Notes under the pieces: model-generated
Told to the model about the DNA's origin: nothing
What the model saw: only the letters and a program-made list of their open reading frames with translations
The model's database searches: none
Made by a program: the position numbers and the translations under genes
Shown: positions 23,391 to 36,614 of the stretch, in pieces
Layout of the letters: each line of letters starts with the position of its first letter
Position numbering within the stretch: the first letter of the stretch is position 1
Source: Heptranchias perlo
Taxonomy: Eukaryota
Length of the DNA: 64,000 nt
Direction of reading: 5' to 3'
NCBI RefSeq assembly: GCF_035084215.1
Contig: NC_090329.1
Location: 35,526,001 to 35,590,000, forward strand

Positions 23391-24560
23391 AGCTAACTGG
23401 TCTATAGTTCCCTGGACTGGTTCTATCTCCCCTTTTAAATATAGGAATCACATTAGCTGTCTGCCAGTCCTCTGGCACTATTCCCTTTTTTAATGATCTT
23501 TTATATACATGTAATAGTGCCTCTGCTATCTCATCCCTGACTTCTTTTAATATGCCTGGATGCAATCCATCCAGACCCGCCAAGTTTGAATAGTTTATCA
23601 ATTATCTCCCCCCTTTCGATCTTAAATGTCTTTATATCTTTTTTGATCTCTTCTTCTAATGTCATACCCACCATATTAGTCTCCATGGTAAATAGTGAGG
23701 CAAAGTAATTATTTAATATTTCTGTCATTTTCGTGTCATTACCTGTGAGCTCATCTTGTCTATCCCTTTGTGGCCCTATCCCTATCCTGATTTTTCTTTT
23801 GTTATTTATGTGTCTGTAGAACACTTTACTATTTCTTTTTATATTCCTTGATAATTTAATTTTGTTGTTTCTCTTTGCCTTTCTAATTTTTTTTTTAAAC
23901 TTCTTTCCTCATCTTTTCGAAATTCCCTTTTGTCACCTTCTCCTTTGTTGTCTGTATACTTAGTGAATGCCTTTTTCTTTAGTTTTAATTTTGCCCTTAT
24001 TTCTTTATTCATCCATGTTGTGTCATTACTGGCTGGTTTTTTAGTGGATATATTTCTCCTGGACTCTATTGATCACCGTTTTAAATGTTTCCCACTGCTG
24101 TTCTATTTCTTTATTTGTCAGTAAATTTTTTCAGTTTATTTTCCCTAGTTCCATTCTCATCCCTGAAAATCTGTTTTTTTTTCCCCAATTTACTACTTTG
24201 GTCTTTGTCTTACTTATGTCCTTCTCAATCTTTATCTTAAACCTTATTACATTGTGATCACTGTTGCCTAGATGTATACATCAATCCTCCCCTTAAATGT
24301 ATCAATGCTATCTGCTTCAATCACTCCATGTGGGCAGCAAGTTCCATATTCTTATGACTCTCTGTGTGAAGAAATTCCTCCTAAATTATTTCCTTGTTGG
24401 TGGTGAGCTTATATTTATGTCCCGTTCTTCTGGACTCACCATAAGTGGCCACAATTTCTCCACATCCACCTTATCGAACCTCTTAATGATTTTAATGACA
24501 TCTATCAGTTCTCCTCAGTCTTCTCTTAACCAGAGAAAACAGCTCCAATTTGCTCAATCT
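23391..24560 (-). mobile_element. CR1 LINE fragments
   Basis: DGLHPGILKE, VPEDWQTANVIPIFKRG, NYRPVS, LNNYFASLFT; a separate degraded 3' piece at about 24290-24560. Confidence 0.82.
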
Positions 24561-24686
24561 ACACGAATCTGCAGAGGCCGATTGTAACTCTGGCGGATAA
24601 GTAGTGGTGTGACTTCGAAACTGACCCGCTGCTCCAGAAATGAGGCCCGAGGTATTTTAACTCCGAGGCCTCACTTAAATTTCACT

Positions 24687-25308
24687 TGTAAACAATTTTA
24701 CAACACCAAGTTATAGTCCAACAAATTTATTTTAAATTCCACAAGCTTTCGGAGGCTTCCTCCTTCGTCAGGTGAACGGTATGGAAATGACATTTTCGAA
24801 TCCTTCGCATTTGAAAATCACAGAACAATGCCTGGTGATTACTGCCCGTTGCCAAGGCAATCACAGTGAGCAGACAGAAAGGTGTCACCTAAAAGGCCAC
24901 CGAATATACAAACCCCCCAAAAAAAAAGAGAGAAGGAAGACAGTCAATGACCCGTTATATTAAAAACAGATGACATTTGTTCGCTGGTGGGGTTACGTGT
25001 AGTGTGACATGAACCCAAGATCCCGGTTGAGGCCATCCTCGTGGGTGCGGAACTTGGCTATCAATTTCTGTTCGACGATTTTGCGTTGTCGTGTGTCTCG
25101 AAGGCCGCCTTGGAGTATGCTTACCCGAAGGTTGGTGGCTGAATGTCCATGACTGCTGAAGTGTTCCCCGCAGCGTCTGCATGGTCTCGCCAATGTACCA
25201 TGCTCTGGGGCATCCTTTCCTGCAACGTATGAGGTAGACAACGTTGGCCGAGTCATAGGAGTATGAACCGTGCACCTGGTGGGTGGTGTCCTCTCGTGTG
25301 ATGGTGGT
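24687..25308 (-). mobile_element. Truncated Neptune PLE (GIY-YIG 3' end plus pLTR with hammerhead at 24737-24776) inside a Harbinger-type MITE
   Basis: ANVVYLIRCRKGCPRAWYIGET; about 59-bp internal deletion relative to 2101-2159; TCACT duplicated at 24682-24686 and 25308-25312; core CUGACGA...GAAA. Confidence 0.9.
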
Positions 25309-25802
25309 CACTGGTCAACCTTCCACCCATTCCTGGCCACCTGCCAACAACAGGTAGCGAGATCAGCTTTGGGGTACCGTTCCACGGAGCACTCGTGATT
25401 GGAAAGGGAGGGCGTAAGTCTACAGCAAGGGAGGCCAAAGCTTCACTCCTCCTAGCCCTACAAGGAAAGTAAATAAACCCTCACCTGTTTGGGCCTCATC
25501 TGGCCCCGGATCCTCTTTACCATTTTCTTTACCACTTGGGCTTCCTGCTCAGGCTGCCGAGTTAAAATTGCAGACGTGTCCTGGTGACATCATATGGCTT
25601 TGGGCAGGAGTCCATGTCTCCTCCCACTGGCTTTAGGACGGGTAAGTAACCATGACGATTTTAGCTGCTCACCCTCTCGGTTTCTGCTGGCTTCTGTACC
25701 GGAATACAGACCATCAAGATTTCATAGCATAGGGTAAGTGATGGAATCTGTACAGCAAAAAAAAATGAAGCCTGAAAAGATTGGAAATACACCGCAGTTC
25801 AA

Positions 25803-26070
25803 TAGGGTTGCCAACTCTCTTTGTAGGTATTCCTGGAGGATTCATCACATGACCTCCCACCTCCAACTGCCCCACCCAGTCAAACAGCCTTCCCCCATCG
25901 TCAATATTTTTATAACTAATAAACAAAAGTGATCAAAGAAAATGAAAAAAATACACAATTCTTTTTTAATGCCTTTATGATTCTTCTCCCAGGTTTTGCT
26001 CGCAGCAGTGTCCAGGAGATTAATCTTTAATTCCTGGAGACTCCGGGAAAATCCTGGAGGATTGGCAACC
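25803..26070. mobile_element. hAT-like MITE
   Basis: Starts TAGGGTTGCCAAC, ends ATTGGCAACC; homologous to 3904-4135. Confidence 0.75.
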
Positions 26071-28566
26071 GGTCATTTTCTCTTTTCATTTCAGATTTCC
26101 AGGAGGTGAGGCTTTTCTTTTCATCATAACTAAAAAATACTTATTCATACTCTGGGCAAACCAAGGGATAGGACAGTGATTGAAATTTGAGCAATCAAAT
26201 TCAAATTATTCATGAGGTCATCCATTAGTTCAACAGCTTTTTGTCTGTGCATTCCTACGTTTCTGATCTTTTCTTTCCCGACACAGGCCCGTGAATGTGG
26301 GCACATCCAAACCTCAATTTTCAGCCTGATTCCCATTTGGACAAGACGCACTGGAATTGTACAAAAGCAAATTTTCAAAGAGCACAGTCTTACTCCATGC
26401 AGCTAATTTTCCTGTGCTTTTGGTGTGTACGTCCAGTTAATGTCCTCCCAAACTGCCTATTTCCCTGTGGCAGGGATGCTGCTCTCAGTCCATGGGATCT
26501 ATTCGATGGAGAAGGGGGCATTTTAGTTTGCTGTGTATATAGATTGTGAAAAGGAAGGTGCACCTAAAATCCCCAATACTCCATTGTTCTAAATTTGGGT
26601 ATTCATGAATGAACCCCATTTAGTCAAATTTATTTGTAATTTGCAATTTACAGTATCTGATAAAAATGTACTATTTATCGTTCCCCTTTCATGGGGAAAC
26701 TATATAAAACGTGTCTTGCTTTATAATGTGCCCTTTGTAAGGCTGCCAAAAATGGTTTTATAGAGAGGGTTTATTGCATTAACATGTCATAAGTACTAAG
26801 TAAACCTGATAGCACTGATATTGTGACAATGGGCACACATGGTTATTATTCATTAACCCTCCCAAAAAATTATTGTTCCTTTGAAAGGTCCATTTTAAGC
26901 ACCTTTGAACCTTGACCTTAAAAAACAAAAAAAGAACTAACATTCTAGACACGAAGGAAAGTTGTTAGGAGATATGACCAATATCTGCAAAACATTTTTT
27001 TCAATGAAAGATAAATGTTTAATGTTGCACAGCCCTCTGGTCTATGGTCTTTTAGAGAATAGAAATCTCGAGCAGTTTTTAAGACACTGAATTAATCAGG
27101 CCAAGATTTATTAGCTTTATGTAACAGTCTTGTGAAACACTAAGAGCTTCAGTCAAGCTTGTCACCTGCCCCCAGAGTATAATCAAACACCACAAGTGAA
27201 TCAATAGCCCAAGGAGAGTTTTTACGGCTGGAGTTTAACAGCAACCTCTAAGTGCTCCAGGTGGCAGGGTCATTTGTTCATTATACTGACTTATCACAAT
27301 AAACAAATGTGGTCCCGGGTGGCAATGATAGTAATTAAACAAAAAAGCAGGAGGGAACAGAGGCCTTAAGCAAGTCTTCAACTCTCCAGCCAACAGCATG
27401 AAAAACAAACACGTCTTTACCTCACAAATGATAACAAATGGGCTTTCAATACCCACGGATCTACAATTTAGTGGATTCTTTATTTAAAATTTAAAAAAAA
27501 TACAGTGTAACAAACTAAAGCGGAAGATAAGTTAAATTGTAATGTGTCATGTGGGCATCTTGTTATTTTGTTCTTAAACCACACCACACCTTAATTAATA
27601 TAAACATGCCCATTAGTGATAATAAATGGGACATCATAATCTACACATGGTATAACTTGATAGATTCTGAAATACTAAGTATAACAAAGCACAATTGTGG
27701 TAATGATTTGAATTATTTTATGCTGAAATTGCCACTGCAATTTTAATTGCACGGAAATGGGTTAGTGAATAGAAAAGAATATGAAAGAAACAGTTTTGAT
27801 TGGACTTTTGTGTTGCCTAAACCCTTACAAAAGGGAGATATATCACATATTATACATGCATTTTGGAGCAATTTGCAGGTTACACACTTACCAAGTTTCC
27901 ATATAGTCCTACTGCACAACATAGAACAGACATTTTGGGCAATTTAACTGGTATCATGCTTGAATGTAATTAACAATCAATTAATACAATAAGCTACATG
28001 ACATGCATATTATATAGTTCATACCTTGAGAGATTATATTGCTTTTCTAAATAACATTCATAGCAATATCTAAACAATGATTGCAACAAAAGACGAAGGA
28101 AGGCAGCAAAAGTTTTCTGGCTATAAGACTTCCTCACTGAGGGACTTCTTTTAGAAAAAATGCTTAGAACATTCATGTAGCAACCTTGGCCTGTCATGCC
28201 TTTAAACTTGGGTAGAAATACCCCACAGAATTAATGGCACCTTTTCAATTAAACGGAAAGGGTAAAGTATGGAAAGCACTTCTCCTTTATGTCTTCAAAG
28301 TGTAACCTTGAAATCCTAATTAAAGCACTGCCCCACACCAATTAGGATACCCAACATTTTAGTTTGAAAGGTAGTCATGTAGGCTTGAGCTACACTCAGC
28401 TTATATCAGCCACAGGTTTAGTCAGCGAGCTCCAGTGATGACAGAATGGGGAGGCACCTTTACCATAACTGGATGCTTAATAAAAGCTGCCTTTCATTCG
28501 CTGCCCTAGTTTTAATGGGGAAGAGGCAGACTGATGTGAAAGAAAAGGCAAAGGATAGAACACTTT

Positions 28567-29515
28567 GGGGGAAAAATTGGATGAGGGCCGTTTTCGCACT
28601 GGAGTAGCGTGATGCGCTATTACCTCGCGCCCGATGGCCCCTACGCAGGCAGCACGTGAACTTTGTGCTGCCTGCTAATTATCATGATATCTCCGTGCAG
28701 CCAGCGCTACCCGCACTGTACGGAGAATGAGGAATTGGAAATGGGGCGTGCTCAGCGCACGTCATCAGCAGCCTGCACCTCTTAAAGGTGCAGGTGCACA
28801 TTTCAAATGACAGGTACACAGTCTACTAGGAGGAGGGAAAGATGGCCGTGAGGATAGCAGGACTGGCGTGAGAGAGGGCTCCACGCTTCTCCGACGACGC
28901 ACTAGAGGCCCTGGTGGGAGGGGTGGATGAAAGGAGGGACAGCATGTACCCGCAGAGTGGCAGGAGACCCTCCAGACTGTAGCTCCGCAGGCATTGACAG
29001 GCTGTGGTGCAGGAAGTCAACGCCAGGAGCATGGCACCACGCACGTGGGTGCAGTGCCAAAAGAAGTTCAATGATTTGACACGAGTGGTCAAGGTGAGTG
29101 AATGCAAGTGTCAAGTGGCACATCCTACCAACTGCACCACTGCTCCATGCACCACACCCCCTGTCACCCACCCACCAACAGACACTGCCCATCCATACAC
29201 AATGCTGCACTCGGCATGCTGTATCTCACCCGCACATAGTACTACGCTTCCAGGCCACACAACCACCACTCACAGGTCACACACACTGACAGCTATTCGA
29301 CTACGACAGGCACAACACCCACACACCTTGCCAGACACTCATTGACAAACTGTCCTCTGTCTTGCAGGAGAAGGTGGTGCATAACAGTCAGCAGCAGGAG
29401 AGATCTGAGGGTGGACGGGGATGTTTACACGTCCTAACCCCCCGAGAGGAGACAGTGCTTGAGATCATGGGTGGGCCGTTGGTGCAGCCGTGATAACATG
29501 CCGAGCTGGAAGATG
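28567..29515 (+). pseudogene. Harbinger left end with Myb/SANT-like gene remnant (exon 28842-29093, intron, exon from 29368)
   Basis: RERAPRFSDDALEALV...EVNARSMAPRTWVQCQKKFNDLTRVVK with two in-frame stops; AAG|GTGAGT donor and TTGCAG|GAG acceptor. Confidence 0.85.
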
Positions 29516-29534
29516 GGTTAAGGAACGAAAATAA

Positions 29535-31333
29535 GGGTAGAAGGAGTAGATGCGATAGACGGAGTAAAAAGCGCTGGACAGATTAGAAACACTAGAGAAG
29601 TGATTGGCCTTTCCCCAGTTGAGAACTTTAACTCCTGTTCTGTCTTTGTCCTTTTCATAACTATGCTAAAACTAACTGTATTATGATCATTACCACCAAA
29701 CTGCTCTCCCACTGATACTCCTTCCACCTGTCCCTCTTCATTTCCTAGAACTAATTCCAGAACTGCCCCCCTCCTCCCCCCCCTCTTGTTGGGCTTGCTA
29801 TATACTGGCTAAAAACATTCTCCTGTATGCAATCTCATCTGGTATCATTCTAGTAAATCTTTTTTGTACCTTCTCCAGTGCAAGACCTGGACAACATCCA
29901 GGCTTGGGCTGATAAGTGGCAAGTAACATTCGCGCCAGACAAGTGCCAGGCAATGACCATCTCCAACAAGAGAGAGTCTAACCACCTCCCCTTGACATTC
30001 AACGGCATTACCATCACCGAATCCCCCACCATGAACATCCTGGGGGTCACCATTGACCAGAAACTTAACTGGACCAGCCATATAAATACAGTGGCTACAA
30101 GAGCAGGTCAGAGGCTGGGTATTCTGCGGCGAGTGACTCATCTCCTGACTCCCAAAAGCCTTTCCACCATCTTCAAGGCACAAGTCAGGAGTGTGTTGGA
30201 ATACTCTCCACTTGCCTGGATGAGTGTAGCTCCAACAACACTCAAGAAGCTCGACACCATCCAGGACAAAGCAGCCCGCTTGATTGGCACCCCATCCACC
30301 ACCCTAAACATTCACTCCCTTTACCACCGGCACACTATGGCTGCAGTGTGTACCATTGACAGGATGCACTGCAGCAACTCGCCAAGGCTTCTTCGACAGC
30401 ACCTCCCAAACCCGCGACCTCTACCACCTAGAAGGACGAGCAGCAGCCACATGGGATCAACACCACCTGCACGTTCCCCTCCAAGTCACACACCATCCCA
30501 AATTGGAAATATATCGCTGTTCCTTCATCGTCACTGGGTCAAAATCCTGGAGCTCCCTTCCTCACAGCACTGTGGGAGAACCTTCACCACACAGACTGCA
30601 GCAGTTCAAGAAGGCGGCTCACCACCATCTTCTCGAGGGCAATTAGGGATGGGCAATAAATGCCGGCCTCGCCAGTGATGCCCACATCCCATGAACGAAT
30701 AAAAACTCCTCTAAGCTTTCCGTAGTATTGAGTTCTCGGTGTCTATTATAAGCTTTCTTTTTCTGCCTTATCTTACCCTGAATGCTTCTTGACACCGAGG
30801 GGGCTCTCGATTTGGCAGCCCCTCCCTTTTTCTTTGTGGGAACATGTTAACCCTGAACCCCTTGAATCACCCCTTTGAATATCTCCCACTGCTCTGACAT
30901 TGATTTACCTTCAAGTAGCTGTTTCCAGTTTACTTCTGCTAAATCACTTCTCAGGAATAGACGTACTAGAAGGATTAGACGCACTAGAGGGAGTAGACAC
31001 ACTAGGGGGAGTAGACATACTAGAGGATGCAGACACGGTAGAGGGAGTAGATGCACTGGAGGGAGTGGACGCACTGGAGGGAGTGGACGCACTGGAGGGA
31101 GTGGACGCAGTAGAGCGAGTAAATGCGATAGAGAGATTAGACACGATAGAGGTAGCAGATGCGGTCGAGGGAGCAGACGTGATAGAGGGAGTAGATGCAC
31201 TAGAGGCAGCAGACGCACTAGAGGGAGTAGACGCACTAGAGGGAGTAGACGCACTAGAGGGAGTAGACGCGATAGAGGAAGCAGTCATGGTAGAGGAAGC
31301 AGATGCCGTAGAGGGAGTAGATGCAGTAGAGGG
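29535..31333. repeat. 21-bp minisatellite (GAGGGAGTAGACGCACTAGAG-like) in two parts, 29535-29601 and 30954-31333, separated by a LINE block
   Basis: About 18 units in the right part and about 3 degenerate units in the left part. Confidence 0.85.
29602..30953. mobile_element. Composite block: CR1 pieces (minus; 29602-29878 and 30706-30953) around a CR1/Zenon-like LINE (plus; 29879-30705)
   Basis: CR1 motifs GGNDHN..NWGKAN and LRSDLAEVNW; Zenon-like ORF 29878-30678 (WADKWQVTFAPDKC, ILGVTIDQKLNW, VRSVLEYSP). Confidence 0.88.
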
Positions 31334-31719
31334 GACCAAGAAAAATATGCACAAAATCCATACAAAAAGTCATCAAATATACAAATGGAATGAAGAATTG
31401 GGGGGTAGACTTTGTTAATGCTGAAGTGAGACTATGCCCCCATCTCTCCAGCAAAGTCTAAATGATGGAAATGTGTCCTTATGGTCCAAGTGCACATTTT
31501 ATTATAGTAATTTACTTTGGTGAGGTTGGTTATGCTGCTGTTTTTCTAAAATATTTGGATTTGACACTGGTGGCCTGAAAGAGGACTTCAAGTTACAATC
31601 CCAGTAACCTATGAAATAAACAAAATGCAAAACAGAACACAGAATGCACCAGATAAATCTCCTTTCCAATTTCCTGCTAAGAGACAATTGACAAAGTATG
31701 AAGAACACGTGACACCCAC

Positions 31720-32130
31720 AACCATAATGATATTACAGACATTACTTGCCCCCTGGACATTCAGTAAGTCAAACCTTTTTTCTCTTTCTGAAATTACTTC
31801 ATTTAGTGAAGCTGCCTGGAGGGCCACACGGGTACAGTCAATGGCTCCAAAGATGTTGGGAAATTCTGGCCTGTCAAAAAAACTTCTGTTCTATATTCAG
31901 CAGCTGCTATGGGGTCAATGGGAAGCAGATGTAGTGGTCAGCTCTCCTCAGCATGGCAGCAGTGACCTGTGAAATGCACCTTGACATTACTGTCAAGTGG
32001 CACCAGCTGGGGCCTGAAGGATACCAGTGCACAGAGTAGGAATACGGCGGTCACCTTCACTGGCACCAGCAGGGGCATAATTCACAGGGGCATGACACTT
32101 CAGATCCTTTTCAACTCTTCATGCAGATCA
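31720..32130 (-). pseudogene. Old Harbinger (HARBI1-like) transposase fragment
   Basis: VPVKVTAV, FPNIFGAIDCTRVAL and KRFDLLNVQ resemble the family motifs GAIDCTH and KGFHSLNVQ. Confidence 0.75.
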
Positions 32131-33799
32131 GACAGCATCTGCTTGTTTTAATGCCAAATCTATGGTAACAGTGACAGTCACCGGTCCATAAAATTAATGT
32201 GCTGTCTATAAATCCCTTGTGACTGTTTTCTTAATGTGCTGGGCCTTCTGATCAGGAAACCTGCCATTTTGTTGCCTTTTTTGCTGACTACAGGCAGAGT
32301 GATTTGTTTATTAACTGATTTTAGCAGCTTACTTTGAGTTGTCGTTTAAAGACTCGAGACAGCATAAACTTTATGTTTTGGCTTTTCATGAAGCAGCATT
32401 ATGATGCAGTCACATGACAGTTGGTTAGTTCAGCATGGACTGGCTGTTTTGCACATTGTAGTGTGTTAAAAAGTGCCAGACAAATCTTTCATTTCTTTAT
32501 TATTATTATCGCAATTATCAAGGAATTGATTTCAAAGCAAAGATTAAATCATAGCAACTGGTAGAAAGCACTGTGGGGGAGGGGTGTTGGCACTTTAGAT
32601 GGCTGCCTTTATAACATGTGTGTATCTGTGCCTCATGTGCTAGTTATCACTTCTTACTTAACCTTGGCAGATTAAGAGAAATTCCTGCCTTCCTGGGCCA
32701 ATCAGTTTTGTTTGCATTGTGATATGGAAATATTTTTTTTATATAGTAATAAAACTGAAGGGGTCATTATTAACCTAACCTGCCCAGTGGGAATCTGACG
32801 GGATCTAATCGGCAGCCCATTTTACACCCCGCCCAATTTTTCTTTCTATTGACTTCCATATTGACTTTCCAAATAAATTCAGCCAATCTTAATCCAGTTC
32901 ATAGTAGCCATGAATCCACAACACTAAACTGTCTGCAGTTTGGAACAAATTGGCCTGGAAAGTGGATTGTGCAGCACCCGTTTTTCAGGCGAAAATTTGA
33001 CGTCCTTAACAATATGGTGTGTGCCAGGAATGAGCCGCCACCATATTGGTTCGGGCACCCTGTAGTCGTCCGGGATGCCTGCCTGAAACAGGCGATAGGC
33101 CCACTGCCAATGCAGATCGGGCAGTCTAACACCTATTTCAGGCCCATTCCCAAAATTGGTCTAGAAAGGTGTTTCCCGATAATGCAAGAGGGCCAATTTT
33201 GTGTAGTCCTCTTGCTCATCAGTTTTGGCGTGGCAGTTCGTGTTTACCGCTGGGTTTGCATCAGAAGTTGAGGATGATCTAATTTCCAGGCCATCGGCAT
33301 TAAGCTAGCAATCTCAATCTGTGAAACTGGAAGGATGACTGTTGAAAGAAATAGTGCATGATGGTGAGTATTCTATCAGAGAGTGCCCTTCTGAGGTTGC
33401 AGTTAAGTCATTGTTGGGTAGAGTAGACTTAGCTTTGCACTGCAGAATATTCGGCTGGCGGGATCACTTTCACTGGGACGATTCAGTAATGTGGGGCTTG
33501 GGAAACTGAGGGCTTCAGTTAAATGGTAAATTTAATGTTAATTAGATTAAAATAAGCGCTCGTGGGATTTCCTAATTCTCTCACTGGGAATACCCTGTGT
33601 ATTCAGCTCACACATATTATGTAGGCAATAAAGGCTCGCGATCTTCCAGCTTTTCAGAAAGTGAGTTCTTAAAGCTGCATTTTGGATTGTTACAATTGAA
33701 ATTCTGAAGACGGGAAGTGCAATTGGTGTTCTTCTGTGGTTGAGTTTATTTGGAAGTCAGAAGAAGAGGACTCGAGGCAGATTAGTTTACATCAGTGAC

Positions 33800-34040
33800 A
33801 GATTGTCCTCACCTACTCTTATCCAAGAAGCCCTGTTTACCTCCCTGTGACTGTCCTGGGACAACTGCTTACACAAGGTCTGCTTCACTAAGGAAGCAAT
33901 GACAGAGTTCGGCTGTCTGGTAAAACCAAACCTACAGACAACATTGACCAGAGGGACAGTACTGCTGGTGGCAGTGAAAGTCACCACAGCACTGTCATTT
34001 GCTGTCTCTAGCTTCTTCTAAGCTACTGCAACACCAGTTA
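33800..34040 (+). pseudogene. Old Harbinger transposase N-terminal fragment
   Basis: QLLTQGLLH / FTKEAMTEF..VKPNLQ..TVLLVAVKVTTAL, paralleling the transposases at 36.8 and 45.7 kb. Confidence 0.65.
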
Positions 34041-34242
34041 ATCCACAATACACAGATGCATCAAGCATTGTTCACCAGAGGAAGCACCTTCAGCGCTTTC
34101 CCCATGCAAAGCCAACAACACAATGAAAGAGCACTGCAAGTTTTCAACCTTATATGATTCCCAAAAGCCAGAGCATCATTGAATTTACCTATGTGGAACT
34201 ATGTACAATGCTATGGCATTCATGAAACACAAAGGTTTCTAC

Positions 34243-34410
34243 TCCTCTTGACATTCAGTGGCATGCCATTACTGAGTCCCCCATTATCAACATCCTGGGC
34301 GTCACCATTGACCAGAAACTCAACTGGACCAGCCAAATAAATGCCATGGCTACTAGAGCAGGTCAGAGACTGGGTATTCTGCGGTGAATGGTTCACCTCT
34401 TGATTCCCCA
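34243..34410 (+). mobile_element. CR1/Zenon-like LINE internal fragment
   Basis: Homologous to 29985-30155. Confidence 0.8.
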
Positions 34411-35351
34411 AGTAATAGGGGGGTGATCAGGTCAAGAAGGGGGGCAGTTGGGTTTGGAGGTAGCAGTAGCTGGGAGGGAGGTAGCGGTGGCCGGAGTAAG
34501 GAGCGGTGGCTGATGAGGGAGCAGTGGCAATTGGGGAGGGGAGCATGAGCGATTGAGGGGGGTCGGGTGCGGCTGCGATCTGGTGGGGGGGGGGGTAACG
34601 GTGGCGATCAGGGGGAGTACGGTGGAGATCGGAGGGAGGAGGGTCTGGCAGTGGCTTCTGTTCTTTTAATATGGGGTTGGGAGAAGCAGTCCTGTTCCTC
34701 CAGAGGCCACATTCAGGAAAGTATATTTTAAAAACTTGCATTATTGGTTGTGACCTAACTGCCGATCCCTTTAGGGGCTGCTTGTTAGGCCACATGTAGG
34801 CCTGGTTTTCTTCATTGCAGCCGTTGTCAGCACCAGTGCTGCCTCAAGGCAAAGTAATCTTGCTGTGAGGGTCTTAAACAGGTATTAGGTACCTTTTTTG
34901 CATATGCAAGGGGGCCAACGCCTGTTTCGGGCATGGGCACTGCACGTCGAGTTTTTGACCTTTACCAATATGGCCGGAGGCACACTTCTGGCTCGCAATG
35001 AGCGTGCACTTCCTATCTGCCATTCTGGAGGCTTAGGAAGCTGAATTTCTCAACCCATCTATTTAGATTTCCCATAGCTTTGTTTCTCAACTACAACCTT
35101 TCTGTTTGAATTTCCCTCAGGCAGATTTCATCAGTTATTGCTCTTCTGAGCCGGATTACTTTAGCCAGGTTTCCCACAGTCAAGCTCTGCAGAACAACAC
35201 CCAATTATAGTACCTTTCTAACTTAGCCTTTCCAACTTCATTACCATTATTTTCTTTTGTTTAAAGCTGAGCGAGAACAAGCTGAAAATCCCTCCAATTT
35301 CCGTCTTTTTTAAAAAATAGAAACAATACTCTCCTCTTCAATGAGCTCAAT

Positions 35352-35456
35352 CTTTCTGATGAAAGGTCATCGATCTGAAACATTAACTCTGTTTCTTTCT
35401 CCACAGATACTGCCTGACTTGCTGAGTATTTCCAGCATTTTCTGTTTTTATTTCAG
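35352..35456 (+). mobile_element. Short PLE-derived repeat (second family) with a degenerate hammerhead
   Basis: CTGATGA-AAGGTC-ATC-GATCT-GAAA-CATT-AACT followed by CCACAGATACTGCCTGACTTGCTGAGTATTTCCAGCATTTT. Confidence 0.7.
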
Positions 35457-35874
35457 TATTTCTCTCTCTCCCCCTCTCTTTCTAGTGAAGGAATGTATAA
35501 TTGCTAACAGATGCATTGACATGGTGCTGTGAAAAAGTATTCCAGCAATTGAAAATGTTATAGTGTGAATGACATCGTATATATCTAATCAGAGCAGCTT
35601 TGTTTGGCTTAAGTTGTACTCCGCAAAGTGAAGTCTGCTGTATTGTTTTGCTAACTTTCTGTGTTGTGGTAAACTTTTGTCCTCAGAAAAATAAAGGGGA
35701 CCACATGATGGTGAGTTATCGCTCTGTACGTTGACTTCTGGGATCTTGATTTGAATGTGTGGTACTAAATCAGGATCAGGGTTGATTGAGATCTCTTCTT
35801 TAGATCTAAAGGGTGGTGAGTGTCTGGAACGAGCTGCCAGAGGCAGTAGTAGAGGCGGGTACAATTTTGTCTTT

Positions 35875-36038
35875 TAAAAAGCATTTGGACAGTTACATGG
35901 GTAAGATGGGTATAGAGGGATATGGGCCAAGTGCAGGCAATTGGGACTAGCTTAGTGGTATAAACTGGGCGACATGGATATGTTGGGCCGAAGGGCCTGT
36001 TTCCATGTTGTAAACTTCTATGATTCTATGATTCTATG
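35875..36038 (+). mobile_element. CR1 3' tail
   Basis: TGTTGGGCCGAAGGGCCTGTTTCCATGTTG followed by (CTATGATT)n. Confidence 0.8.
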
Positions 36039-36614
36039 ACTAGCCGGGAGACATTCATACATGAGAACTGGCAATTTGGGTAAAGTACCAATGCCTATGA
36101 AACTGTACCTTAGCAAATATCAATGTCCTAGAAATTCGGCCACACTGCACCCATTTCACAGGTGGTAACTAACCTACTAAGGTCCCAGTATGGCGGGCAG
36201 GAATCACGCGCACATTTCCGGCCAGAAGTGTGCCGCTCACCATATTGCACATCATGGATACTGCTGGCGTCAGAAGTGCGTGTCTGGATCATTTCACCGG
36301 AAGAATGATTTATTTAAATTCGGGTCCCGCGTTTCTTGCAGGACGCATTTTCAATATTCGAATGCTCCAGTGCTGAACTCGCACAGCACAGCGTAGTGCT
36401 GCCTGGCAGGAAGGCCCCCTCACCAGTGATATTTAAAGGGACCGTGCAGTACTTACACTTTAGTTGCTGGTTTCTGATTTTAGGCTGTTGGTTAACTTCG
36501 GGACGTTTTTTGATGTGTTTTATCACTCTGGAAAGTTCTCGTTATCCAGACAGAGCAAGATTGTGCTGGCCTTGCACTTTTTTAGGCTACCTCACAGATC
36601 GCTTCGCTGCAGCC

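Noticed and set aside
30954-31333. CRISPR-like regular periodicity (also at 16961-17062)
   Set aside because: Contiguous tandem units without unique spacers, no cas genes, and a vertebrate context.
31516-31608. Possible minus-strand exon (TTTCATAG acceptor, YWDCNLKSSFRPP..., GTAAAT donor)
   Set aside because: Weak donor, no recognisable protein and no partner exons; not enough to call a host gene.
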